DNA from: a virus | Length of the DNA: 64,000 nucleotides | Virus record (IMG/VR): IMGVR_UViG_3300034102_003113 | Direction: 5' to 3' (one strand) | Shown: positions 37,700 to 46,672 of the stretch, one piece after another | Layout of the letters: every line of letters begins with the position of its first letter | How positions within the stretch are numbered: the stretch's first letter is position 1 | The notes under the pieces: generated by a model | The model's database searches: none | What the model was told of the DNA's origin: nothing | What the model saw: only the letters and a program-made list of their open reading frames with translations | Made by a program: the position numbers and the translations under genes

Positions 37700-38266
37700 A
37701 TGGACTTTTATTTCTCTTTTGGTAAAAAGAAACCATCAGAAAGATCAATGATTATCTCCGCAGCATTTATCTGGGGAATCTTTGAGGCCATAGTAGATCC
37801 ATTACTTGATTTCATCAATCGTAAGGTTTTAAATAGTTTTGATGGAGAGAAATTAAAGTTGGTATTTGATGAGTTAGATATTTTTTGGCTTAGAAATGGG
37901 CAAAATAAGCATTATTCTAACTCTGACATTCGTCTTATTATATGTTTATTTTTGAGATCAGTAGAAGATAACCAACTAACTAGAAAAGAACTCTTAGCGC
38001 TCACTAACTTTATCCAGAGACATTGGGTAGCATCTGAAGCTTTAAAGAAGACTTTTACTCAAACTGATGAAGTTATCGAGGCGCATGTGGAATCCACTGT
38101 GGATCAGGCCATCGAGTTATATGAAAAAACATATATGGAAAAACCACAAACCCCAGAAGAGTTTGTGGCCAGTACTGCAGAGATAATATTCCATGAACCA
38201 GACGGGAGTAAGGCTCAAGAACTGCTTGGTGGGATGATGGAGATAAAGAATAAGTTTTTTTACTAA
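37700..38266 (+). CDS. Hypothetical protein
   Basis: 188 aa ORF, no recognised motif. Confidence 0.6.
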   Translation: MDFYFSFGKKKPSERSMIISAAFIWGIFEAIVDPLLDFINRKVLNSFDGEKLKLVFDELDIFWLRNGQNKHYSNSDIRLIICLFLRSVEDNQLTRKELLALTNFIQRHWVASEALKKTFTQTDEVIEAHVESTVDQAIELYEKTYMEKPQTPEEFVASTAEIIFHEPDGSKAQELLGGMMEIKNKFFY

Positions 38267-39477
38267 ATAACCCAAAGAGGCTTCATAGGATCCTTGGAAG
38301 CAGTGTTATTTTGTCTCAGGATTTTATATGTCCCATCATCCTGGGTCTCTGGACTGACCCACTCTCTATTACCATCTAGTGCCTCAGAGATTTCTTTAAT
38401 CCAGTCTCCGGCTGTACATGCCGGGACGTTCTGGCAGATCACGTTACTATGCTTTGTAGGAATGTGTACTTTAGCTGCGTAATCGTCAGGGAATCCCATT
38501 AAGGCCAACCCTTCCGCGATAGTCAACCATCTATCTTCGTAGGGATGCATGAGATAAGGAAGTGACTTCCACATTAGACTCTGTGTTCTATACCAGGATA
38601 GTTTAATACTTCCATCCATAATATTTTTTCCAGCTTTTTTCTTTTCAAGCGTGTAATTCAACCAGCGATTAGCCTTCTCATCCTTGACAACTCTCGCCGC
38701 TTCTTCTAACCACCCAGAGTCGTAGATTACGTTCCAGGCAGAGGTCATTCTCTGAGATGCAACATTGGAGAGAATATCTTGCTTAGTAGAACCAACATAC
38801 TTCGACTCAATAAACTGCCATAATGGATCTTCACTTGGTTTTGTTCTTGACTTATTAACAGATTCTGACTCAGCAAACTTACCTTCTTTGAGGAATTGAT
38901 GAAAAGGAACAAAATCTTTTTTAATTGGTGAAAGTACTGGGACTTTATCTCCCTTCCATAAGAAAAAGAAACTTCTTGTCCGTTCTTGTGGCACTCCATG
39001 ATTAATCGAGGTGGTCTTTACCAGACTCATCGTATAACCATGACCCTGAGCTAGAGTGTTAATTCTTTCCGCAAACTCCTCGCCCATCTTAGAGTAAAGA
39101 GCAGGAGCATTCTCTACCATAATTGCCTTAGGTTTAATCTTTGACATAGCAAATTCTGCTGCATTGTACATATGTACGTTGCTAGGAGCTGAGCATCCCC
39201 GCGGATTATTTGCTTTATCCCCAGATGTGGTATTTGCCATAGACAACCCAGCACAAGGTGGAAGTGATGTAATGATGTCTACATAGGCATTAGGAAACTG
39301 CTCCTCCTCAAAGTCATAGAAAGGCACTTTGTTCATGTATTGAAGACAATACTGATCATTGGCTCCAAACACACTCCCCCATGAGGCGATCCATTCAGGA
39401 TCTGATCCTAATGCCATAGAAGTTCCAACAACACTTCCTCCCACTAGAGGGATGATATGCCCATGAGTATACGCCAT
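38263..39477 (-). CDS. C5-cytosine DNA methyltransferase-fold protein with atypical SAM-binding motifs
   Basis: PPC (IV), ENAP (VI), PQERTR (VIII), RWLT..E...LMGFP (IX). Minus strand: CAT at 39475-77, CTA at 38263-65; the track's + label is wrong. Confidence 0.85.
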   Translation of the reverse strand: MAYTHGHIIPLVGGSVVGTSMALGSDPEWIASWGSVFGANDQYCLQYMNKVPFYDFEEEQFPNAYVDIITSLPPCAGLSMANTTSGDKANNPRGCSAPSNVHMYNAAEFAMSKIKPKAIMVENAPALYSKMGEEFAERINTLAQGHGYTMSLVKTTSINHGVPQERTRSFFFLWKGDKVPVLSPIKKDFVPFHQFLKEGKFAESESVNKSRTKPSEDPLWQFIESKYVGSTKQDILSNVASQRMTSAWNVIYDSGWLEEAARVVKDEKANRWLNYTLEKKKAGKNIMDGSIKLSWYRTQSLMWKSLPYLMHPYEDRWLTIAEGLALMGFPDDYAAKVHIPTKHSNVICQNVPACTAGDWIKEISEALDGNREWVSPETQDDGTYKILRQNNTASKDPMKPLWVI

Positions 39478-39524
39478 GTGATATAATTAATTAAGTCTAG
39501 AGTTCCTTAGACTGAAAATCCCTG

Positions 39525-39532
39525 GTTTAAAG
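39525..39532 (+). promoter_or_regulatory. Putative late promoter GTTTAAAG
   Basis: Exact motif ~23 nt upstream of ATG 39556. Confidence 0.65.
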
Positions 39533-39555
39533 ACTATGGAGGATAGATTTTAGCA

Positions 39556-39855
39556 ATGGATAAGAGACTTTCTACGCAAGATTACATGGAGATCCTGAAA
39601 AAGAAACGTCAGGATGGAACATATGACTACGCTGATCGAGTCTTTTATAAGGGCAAAGTAATGCTTAAATGCCCTCCAGGAGCTACTAAACTTGGCAATA
39701 CCTGCGTCCCATCAGCCGCTGCTACTGCAAAGGGTGCTGGTCCAGGAAAAACATGGCAAAAAGATCTCGGAGGCATTAATCCTCAACAAGTTCAACAATT
39801 AGGTGTCGCAAAAACATCCAAAGATATAAAAAAAGCTAGAGAAAAGAATGGATGA
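39556..39855 (+). CDS. Small basic protein with CPPG..CVP module
   Basis: 99 aa, late motif upstream. Confidence 0.6.
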   Translation: MDKRLSTQDYMEILKKKRQDGTYDYADRVFYKGKVMLKCPPGATKLGNTCVPSAAATAKGAGPGKTWQKDLGGINPQQVQQLGVAKTSKDIKKAREKNG

Positions 39856-41002
39856 TCCGCTTATCATCACAAACGGAAAGTTTTCTATCTCAATTGAGAC
39901 AAAAAAATCTCTAAAGAATGTAAACTTTGGAGCAGGATCTATTACTCTACGCCCAGGTAAACCCAAAGAAGCTACCCAGTGGTACGACGTAAATAACAGA
40001 CAGGTATATAAACGTCCGAGCGGGCACTGGAGTTATACTAATCCAGAACAATCTAAAAAAAGCCTAGAGAAGAGAATGTCTAGCGCCTATGACCGTAATG
40101 CCGGATCATCAAGTGCGCAAAAACCCTCTGCTCAAGGGACAAAAACATCAGCGCACACTCTCTCCGAGAATCTAATCAAGGATTTATTACTGACTAAGAA
40201 CGATAGTTCTAAAGTTAAACTTAAGGGGATTTTTGAATCCGAGATTAATAAATTAGAATCGGATGATAAAACAAAAAGAGACTGGATTGACTCCACTTAC
40301 AATTCAGCACAAGCGATTCAAACTTACTTAGATAGTAGTGGAGAACAAATAAAAAACATAGATTATGTCGGGAACAAAACTCAATCAGAAGAGTTTTACA
40401 CAGCGGATATAATCATACAAACAGATAAAAGAAAATTAGGAGTTTCCTTAAAGAAAACTGGAAACGCTAGGATGTATAATACATCTATTAACAAAGATAA
40501 TAGAGTCCAAGAGTTCTTTGCTGCCCAAGATGATCTGTTAAAGAGATTTGTACCTCAAGGGACAAAGTTAAATAGAAAGCTCAGGAAAGAAATTTTTAGT
40601 AATAACAAAAATCAAAAAATAGACGGATTGACTCTAGAGAAACATCTCTCTAATCTAAGAGTGGATCTACAAAAAAATTTAAAAGATGACATTGACAATG
40701 TACTAGGCTCTAGTAACATAGTAGGTAAAGTACAAAAGATATTCAATGCCATTAATAAAAACACACTAATACTCGTGTCCAATAAAGATGTGATTGACTC
40801 TTCTAATTTAAAAAAATTAGGGCAAAATCACCTCGAACCAAGACACGCTAACGACGGATCTAATTTTATATATTACGGGAATACGGCCGTAGCTAGATTA
40901 GGTATCCGTCAGGACGGAATGGGTTATGGAACTTCGATAAAACTAGAAGCCAATTTCACCCAACAATTTATTCGTGAATTAACAAAGAATACCAATGATT
41001 GA
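39848..41002 (+). CDS. Putative PD-(D/E)xK endonuclease
   Basis: HTLSE helix, then TADIII...GVSLKK core; Lys/Asn-rich, AT-rich gene. Confidence 0.6.
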   Translation: MDDPLIITNGKFSISIETKKSLKNVNFGAGSITLRPGKPKEATQWYDVNNRQVYKRPSGHWSYTNPEQSKKSLEKRMSSAYDRNAGSSSAQKPSAQGTKTSAHTLSENLIKDLLLTKNDSSKVKLKGIFESEINKLESDDKTKRDWIDSTYNSAQAIQTYLDSSGEQIKNIDYVGNKTQSEEFYTADIIIQTDKRKLGVSLKKTGNARMYNTSINKDNRVQEFFAAQDDLLKRFVPQGTKLNRKLRKEIFSNNKNQKIDGLTLEKHLSNLRVDLQKNLKDDIDNVLGSSNIVGKVQKIFNAINKNTLILVSNKDVIDSSNLKKLGQNHLEPRHANDGSNFIYYGNTAVARLGIRQDGMGYGTSIKLEANFTQQFIRELTKNTND

Positions 41003-41237
41003 AAGAATCTCAAAACCAATTCGCTTTGATAAGCAAATCCCCTGGCTCATTGTAGCTCGCGATGGAGAAAAGTTTTTTGTCGCTAAAGAAGATGTAATCG
41101 CCGAGGACCCTAGCATGGAACTCATTGAGATGGGAAGTCGCTCATTACTTCAGTGGGCAATGGAGTATGATTATCCTCTTCGCAAGTTTGTAAAACTCCA
41201 GAAGATCCTTGTTAAGAAGTATTTCGACATTGAATGA
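40995..41237 (+). CDS. Hypothetical protein
   Basis: 80 aa, coupled to upstream ORF. Confidence 0.6.
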   Translation: MIERISKPIRFDKQIPWLIVARDGEKFFVAKEDVIAEDPSMELIEMGSRSLLQWAMEYDYPLRKFVKLQKILVKKYFDIE

Positions 41238-41250
41238 CTAGTTAGTTTCC

Positions 41251-41261
41251 TGTGATAGAAT
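41251..41261 (+). promoter_or_regulatory. Extended -10 promoter (TGTGATAGAAT)
   Basis: Upstream of ThyA-fold gene. Confidence 0.65.
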
Positions 41262-41290
41262 GATCATCTAATCATTCACCACGGGAGATT

Positions 41291-42127
41291 ATGACTCTGT
41301 CATTTGATTATCAGTACATTAAGATTGCAAAAGAGATCCTGACCGAAGGTACCGAGGTTATCGGCCGAAACAATCTCCGCTATAAGCAGATGTTCGGTCA
41401 GACAATCAAGATCGATCTTCGGGAGGGATTTCCTGCTCTCACGATCCGTAAGATGCCCGTACGTAATCTCTTCCGAGAGTTTATGTGGGATGTCAATGGA
41501 GACTATCAAGTAACCAATCTCGGTCCTGCCAAGCACTTCTGGGACTTTTTGGCCGATACCGAAGGCCGTCTTGCAGGGTCTTACGGACGTTCCTGGCGAT
41601 CCTGGCCTCAAGTCTGCCCAGAGCAAAATATGCAATGGGAGAAATTCCGTAATGAACCATTCGACCAACTCAAGTGGATCTGGGAACAACTTCGCACAAA
41701 TCCAACCAATCGCCAACTTGTTCTTCAGACTTTCAATCCTGCTTACGATTCTCTTCACTGTCCTCCTTGTCATCCTAACCTCACTTTTTCTAGTGATGGG
41801 ACTTATCTTGATTTGATGGTTAATGCTCGGAGTAATGACATGGCCACAGGAGTCCCTCTGGATATGTTCCGTTATGGCCTCCTTACTACAAAGATGGCGC
41901 AGGATGCCAATCTTACTCCTCGATTTGTGATGTTCGCCTCGGCCAATAACCACATCTATTCTCAGAATGAGATGGCCATTGAATCGATCATCAAGAACGT
42001 GCCCATGGCACCGTGTGATGTCTGGATCAATAATGAGAAGTCACTTTTCGATCTTGATCCTGAGGCTGATTTTGAACTGATTGATTACTTCTCCCATCCC
42101 TCAGCTCGTATGGAGGTGGCTAACTGA
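41291..42127 (+). CDS. Thymidylate-synthase-fold enzyme, probably dCMP methylase/hydroxymethylase
   Basis: DLREGFP, YG..WR.W, DQL, PPCH, RSND, HIY; Asp (41861-63) at the E. coli ThyA Asn177 position. Confidence 0.8.
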   Translation: MTLSFDYQYIKIAKEILTEGTEVIGRNNLRYKQMFGQTIKIDLREGFPALTIRKMPVRNLFREFMWDVNGDYQVTNLGPAKHFWDFLADTEGRLAGSYGRSWRSWPQVCPEQNMQWEKFRNEPFDQLKWIWEQLRTNPTNRQLVLQTFNPAYDSLHCPPCHPNLTFSSDGTYLDLMVNARSNDMATGVPLDMFRYGLLTTKMAQDANLTPRFVMFASANNHIYSQNEMAIESIIKNVPMAPCDVWINNEKSLFDLDPEADFELIDYFSHPSARMEVAN

Positions 42128-43404
42128 TGCCTATTCCCTCCTACGATTACACTTCATCCCTACTCGAAGATGTATTTGAGCCCGTCATCGATCCTTATTG
42201 TCCGGTTGTCGTTATTGATTTCAAAGTATACGCTCATGCCATTAATAAGTACGCTGAGTTGGCTTCGGAAGTTGCTAGGAATGATGATGAGTTAAAGACA
42301 ATCATGAAGGCCATGTGGGCCTATAAACTCAACCGGGGACCTGACATGCTCCAGTCATTCCCCTTTGTTGGATTGATTGTAGATGACCTTAAAGGCCAAT
42401 TTGAGCCAGAGTTTTCTGAGGCATCTACCACTGGAGTTGGGTATTGGAGGCATATCGAAGCTCATAAGATTAATCTTGCAGAGTACAAGGGTGGTAGAGG
42501 AGAAAAAACGCCGTTCTTCTACCTAACAGAGGCCGCCGGGTATGAATACATTCTCTCCCAAGGCTCCACCTTCCCCTACTTTGCTAAGGAGTTCTTTGAG
42601 GCAGATGATATTGCAGGACATATCTGCAGACTGAAAAGAAAAGCCAAAAAGAACTCTGTATTAGCCCAAAGACAGATCATCCTCTCCACGGTGGATGGGG
42701 ACTGGCAAGGACTTGTATCCGACTCTCATGATATTGTCTGGGCCAATACCGGCCCATGGCTCCCTCGCCTCCGTTCTGAGACAGAAGTTTGCGATTACTA
42801 TCTCCGCAAAGACAAACTAATTATCGACTCCGCCTATGGTTGCTATACTGTAAAGGAGAAGGTCGGTGATGCCGGAGATAACCTTATGCCTGGAACACCA
42901 CTGCGATTTTTTGACTTATACAATGAAGATTCTGAATGGCGTTTTACAAAAGAAGACACCCAAGCCATATCAAAAGTACTTAACTCTGACACTCCTTCAA
43001 ACAGGGAAGATCACCTACAATCCGCAAAAAAATTTCTCTCCTCTAAGGGACTTTTCATGCCAGAGATTGGTGAGACCCAGTATGATGAAAAACAATTCTT
43101 CTTCTCAAAAGCAAAGAAGATTCGCGTTGAAAACTCTCATCCAGAGTTGCGTGGGAGGAACAAAACTTTATGCCTTGGCGTCGCGGATCAAGCAGAAGTT
43201 TTTAACAAATGCAAGGAATTAGCGCTCCAACAAGAGGAGTTAAAGCAACAGATCAAAGAACATACTGACCAGGTTGCCAAATGCAAGGAAGAGGAGGATA
43301 AAAAATGCGTCAAAGACCTCAGGTTAACAATCAAATCCCTCAAGGAACTCCGAGATTCAGTTGTAAAGGACTTTAAAGAACTCGTTAATCTCCTAGACGA
43401 CTGA
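42127..43404 (+). CDS. 5'-3' exonuclease (FEN/T4 RNase H-like) with C-terminal coiled coil
   Basis: YWRH..YKGGR, EADDIAG, STVDGDWQ, GDAGDN. Confidence 0.85.
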   Translation: MPIPSYDYTSSLLEDVFEPVIDPYCPVVVIDFKVYAHAINKYAELASEVARNDDELKTIMKAMWAYKLNRGPDMLQSFPFVGLIVDDLKGQFEPEFSEASTTGVGYWRHIEAHKINLAEYKGGRGEKTPFFYLTEAAGYEYILSQGSTFPYFAKEFFEADDIAGHICRLKRKAKKNSVLAQRQIILSTVDGDWQGLVSDSHDIVWANTGPWLPRLRSETEVCDYYLRKDKLIIDSAYGCYTVKEKVGDAGDNLMPGTPLRFFDLYNEDSEWRFTKEDTQAISKVLNSDTPSNREDHLQSAKKFLSSKGLFMPEIGETQYDEKQFFFSKAKKIRVENSHPELRGRNKTLCLGVADQAEVFNKCKELALQQEELKQQIKEHTDQVAKCKEEEDKKCVKDLRLTIKSLKELRDSVVKDFKELVNLLDD

Positions 43405-43411
43405 CCAAAAC

Positions 43412-43451
43412 TATCCTATAATAGTCCCAGAGACCTGGGACTTTTTTCTTT
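43412..43451 (+). promoter_or_regulatory. -10 box overlapping a terminator hairpin
   Basis: TATAAT 43417-22, then AGTCCCAG/CTGGGACT stem + T tract. Confidence 0.55.
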
Positions 43452-45293
43452 ATGGCAGCAGAATCAAAAAAACAAGGACATTCTTCGGCAAAGGAGACGT
43501 TGGGGGTGAAAGGCCCATCGAAGATGTACAAATCGATTCTCGCTTGGTTGGAGAACAAAGGCTATCATCTTCGTTTTGATTACAATGCAAAACTTCAAAG
43601 CTTCCACTCTCTCTACGAAGAACATGATCCTTCTATGGATCCTATGGCGCCGAAAAGTGTCCGGTATCCCAAGTGGTTCCAGTTTTTGGTACCAGCTTCT
43701 GAATATCGCCTTGAAGCCGCCCAAGATTTAATCCTTGACGAGACATGTATTGAGGAGATTGGCGCAGATGAGCAGGAATTTGCCGTACCACTTTTCGTAT
43801 ATCGTAGTGGCCGGAGTAGTGAGATCACGGATCACGTCCTAGGACTAGAGAATCTTAAAGCCCTCCGCCATAAGAAGATGGGAGGAGGACAGTATAAACT
43901 AGGTATCTCCCACTCGCCAAATAAAAACAAAGGCAATAAAAAAGCCATTGAGGAGACCTATGCCTATGTCCCTGAGAAGGATTGGTTCACCGAGGAACTC
44001 CAAGAACTTACCTTCGAGGATATCGTAAAGATTTTTCCATACCATGAGGCCCAGATGGTTAAGTTGATTATTGGCCGGGCATGTATTGGTCGGAGTGGAT
44101 CAGTCCATCCTGGCACTGGAGATATCATCGAGCACGGGTTCCGTAAAGCAGGAGTTGTGATCGGTGAACCGGGGGTTGGTAAGACGATTACCCTCAATGG
44201 TATTCTTAATGCAATGAAGTACGTTGGGTATGACGTATCTGCTATGGGAGATTTTGGATCCCGCTTCAATCAGGGATCTGTAATCACCTCCCACCTCGCA
44301 TATAACGACGACCTTACACTGGAAAGTCTTGAGAAGATGCTCAAGGCCCACAGTTTCAAATCGGTGGTTACTGGAGGGACGGAAAAGATCGAGAATAAAG
44401 GTGTCGATGCTGTCGAAGTAGTAGCAAATACTGTCATTCTTGCAAACTGCAATGAGTGGAAGCCGGAGATAACCTATAGTCTTGATAGTGGAGCGATTAG
44501 TCGCTTAGCACCCATCTCTACATACCGCCTCTTTGAACTTGAAGAGATGTCCAATGAGGAAGGCCATGACATCCACCCCGGCTCTCATATCCGGTGGTTG
44601 TGCGAGAAGTATGACACGGATCCTATGTCACTCTATCTGCGCATCTTACGTGATTGCACTGACTTTTTCCTTGGAAAGTGTGAACAAGCAGAGGATATCC
44701 ACTTCTATTCTGAGTCGCTTATTCCATATATGCGTATTCAGATCCATAAAAACTCTCTCGAGTGCTTTATTAGATTTGGTTTCTTGGCCTATGCCATCCG
44801 CCAACGTAAAGCAGATGGTGGTTGGCTTCCTGAGTTAACCCTGGGATCCCTTGCTGAGATACTTGAGGCTACCAGGTTTTTGATGATTGATAAGAGGGCC
44901 GATGGTTTCCGTAATCTTCTCAAGGATGACTGGAATGAGAGGAATCGGTCACAATGGCATCCCTATTGGGCCCAACGTAAACTCCTCATCACCTCCATTG
45001 ACAAGGCCTATGAGATCTTTAACACCTACAAAAACGATAAGGATGTTGCCCTCACAACTGAGAATGTATTCGATGTCCTCCGCCTACGTGATGGTTTCTC
45101 CATGGGTAAAAAGATGACGCATATTGTCCGCACCTGGGAAATGGTCAAGGGTGAGAAGAATAAAATCTATGAGTTGGCAAAGAAAATTGTCGAGCAGATG
45201 ACAGAGGCCGAATTGGAACCTATCTATTCAGAGACTACTAAAGCAAACGTTGAGTGGATTTATGATCCCACCTATGATCCTCAAAAAGTGTGA
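43452..45293 (+). CDS. SF3 (D5-like) DNA helicase
   Basis: GEPGVGKT Walker A, AYNDD Walker B, FKSVVTGG..IENKG, ANCN sensor. Confidence 0.75.
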   Translation: MAAESKKQGHSSAKETLGVKGPSKMYKSILAWLENKGYHLRFDYNAKLQSFHSLYEEHDPSMDPMAPKSVRYPKWFQFLVPASEYRLEAAQDLILDETCIEEIGADEQEFAVPLFVYRSGRSSEITDHVLGLENLKALRHKKMGGGQYKLGISHSPNKNKGNKKAIEETYAYVPEKDWFTEELQELTFEDIVKIFPYHEAQMVKLIIGRACIGRSGSVHPGTGDIIEHGFRKAGVVIGEPGVGKTITLNGILNAMKYVGYDVSAMGDFGSRFNQGSVITSHLAYNDDLTLESLEKMLKAHSFKSVVTGGTEKIENKGVDAVEVVANTVILANCNEWKPEITYSLDSGAISRLAPISTYRLFELEEMSNEEGHDIHPGSHIRWLCEKYDTDPMSLYLRILRDCTDFFLGKCEQAEDIHFYSESLIPYMRIQIHKNSLECFIRFGFLAYAIRQRKADGGWLPELTLGSLAEILEATRFLMIDKRADGFRNLLKDDWNERNRSQWHPYWAQRKLLITSIDKAYEIFNTYKNDKDVALTTENVFDVLRLRDGFSMGKKMTHIVRTWEMVKGEKNKIYELAKKIVEQMTEAELEPIYSETTKANVEWIYDPTYDPQKV

Positions 45294-45342
45294 CAGGGGT
45301 TTTGTGACAATGTGTGAACAGGCCCCCTACTTCCTTCTTAAC

Positions 45343-45353
45343 TCTGATAAAAT
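45343..45353 (+). promoter_or_regulatory. Extended -10 promoter (TCTGATAAAAT), probably leaderless transcript
   Basis: -10 ends 6 nt before ATG 45360. Confidence 0.5.
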
Positions 45354-45359
45354 CTTCTC

Positions 45360-46349
45360 ATGACTAAAATCTCCGCCTCTGTATCCCTTGACTCTGAGCA
45401 ATGGGACCACAAACCCTCCTCTAAGCTCCAATATGGCTCAGATGTAGATAAGTTTGGCAATCCTAAGACCGAAGTACGTGTCATTGGGGCCCGTCTTGGT
45501 TCTGCAATCGAGGAGGTAACCCCGAAGTCTTTGGCTCGTTTTATCTCTCGTGGTCAGACCTGGAGTCCCTTTGTATTTAATGTATGCCCTAATTGGAAAC
45601 GTCCTCGTCGTGTAGAAGGACTTTTTAAGTCTTGTCAGGTGTTTGCCATTGACTTTGACAATGGAGAATCTACGGAAGAGATCCAACTTCGTGCCTCCGA
45701 ACTCGGTCTAAAGTTTTCCATAATCCATCACAGTTTCAGTTCAACTCCAGACCACCCCAAACACCGAGGGATTATCTTCACAGACAGGGAGATCAGTGAC
45801 TTCGAAACAGCTAAAAAGATCTCAACCGGATTGGCCTACGCCTTCGATGGTGATAAGCAATGTATCGATGTTGCTCGGTTATATTTTGGCTCTATTGCAA
45901 ATAGTATTATTTCTGTTGAGACTGAGTATTGTGCTTCGGTTGATGATCTTGAGAAGATCGCTCAGGCAGTTAATGCTGACCAATATCTGACTAAGTCAGA
46001 ACGGAATGTTACTAAACCCGAAGGATCGGAGTGGGGAGATTCTAAACTCCAACGGAAGATTCTCGGTGGATTAACAGCATCCAAACGGTCATATGTCAAA
46101 AAGAAAGTTCTTGGGATTCTTAAGGATGTGGAGACATTCGATGGTAAGAAGGGGTCGAGATATGAATGCGTGTGGAGAAATGCCTCTAGATTGGCAAGGA
46201 TGCCGGAAGTGGTTGGTAGTGCCGCGTATCAATGGATGATTGAAAGCATCGAGAAGAACCCTCACTTCTCCGATTGGGAATGGGATGCCGGTAATGTTGT
46301 AATGAACGCCATTCAATGGAGTTCGGATCATGCCGACGAACCAGTTTAA
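45360..46349 (+). CDS. Primase (AEP/prim-pol-like)
   Basis: AIDFDNG (DxD), HSFSST..PKHR, D..RLYFG; next to helicase. Confidence 0.7.
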   Translation: MTKISASVSLDSEQWDHKPSSKLQYGSDVDKFGNPKTEVRVIGARLGSAIEEVTPKSLARFISRGQTWSPFVFNVCPNWKRPRRVEGLFKSCQVFAIDFDNGESTEEIQLRASELGLKFSIIHHSFSSTPDHPKHRGIIFTDREISDFETAKKISTGLAYAFDGDKQCIDVARLYFGSIANSIISVETEYCASVDDLEKIAQAVNADQYLTKSERNVTKPEGSEWGDSKLQRKILGGLTASKRSYVKKKVLGILKDVETFDGKKGSRYECVWRNASRLARMPEVVGSAAYQWMIESIEKNPHFSDWEWDAGNVVMNAIQWSSDHADEPV

Positions 46350-46357
46350 AATATGAT

Positions 46358-46621
46358 ATGAGCAATATTACAAATATTAGTTTTGGGTCGGATGTAAAAT
46401 TTTCTGCGGAAGAAATCCAATTAGGAGAGAACTTCTTTAATAAGGATTCTATAAACGCCGGAAAGTTATCCACAGAGTTATACAAAGGACAATTCTCTGT
46501 GAGTAATAAAGTTGCGGATAATTTTCCAGTCTTTAACGCTTTTGACTCTAAATCCTCTCCAGAGAACTCTTTACCTCCGATCCCTCCCTCCACCCGCCCG
46601 TACATCTGGAAATACCAATGA
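46358..46621 (+). CDS. Hypothetical protein
   Basis: Fills gap; ATG 46358 preferred. Confidence 0.45.
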   Translation: MSNITNISFGSDVKFSAEEIQLGENFFNKDSINAGKLSTELYKGQFSVSNKVADNFPVFNAFDSKSSPENSLPPIPPSTRPYIWKYQ

Positions 46622-46630
46622 ACAATTAGG

Positions 46631-46638
46631 GTTTAAAG
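46631..46638 (+). promoter_or_regulatory. Putative late promoter GTTTAAAG
   Basis: Exact motif ~34 nt upstream of ATG 46673. Confidence 0.65.
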
Positions 46639-46672
46639 ACAATATAGATATAGCTTTATTCCCCGATATATT

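Noticed and set aside
38263-39477. ORF track places the 404-aa MTase on the + strand
   Set aside because: The protein only translates from the reverse complement (CAT at 39475-77, CTA at 38263-65); reported as minus strand
41300-41953. 217-aa antisense ORF and other short nested ORFs in the track
   Set aside because: Fully overlap well-supported genes and show no recognisable motifs
41291-42127. Plain thyA call
   Set aside because: The specificity residue is Asp, not Asn, and ThyX is present
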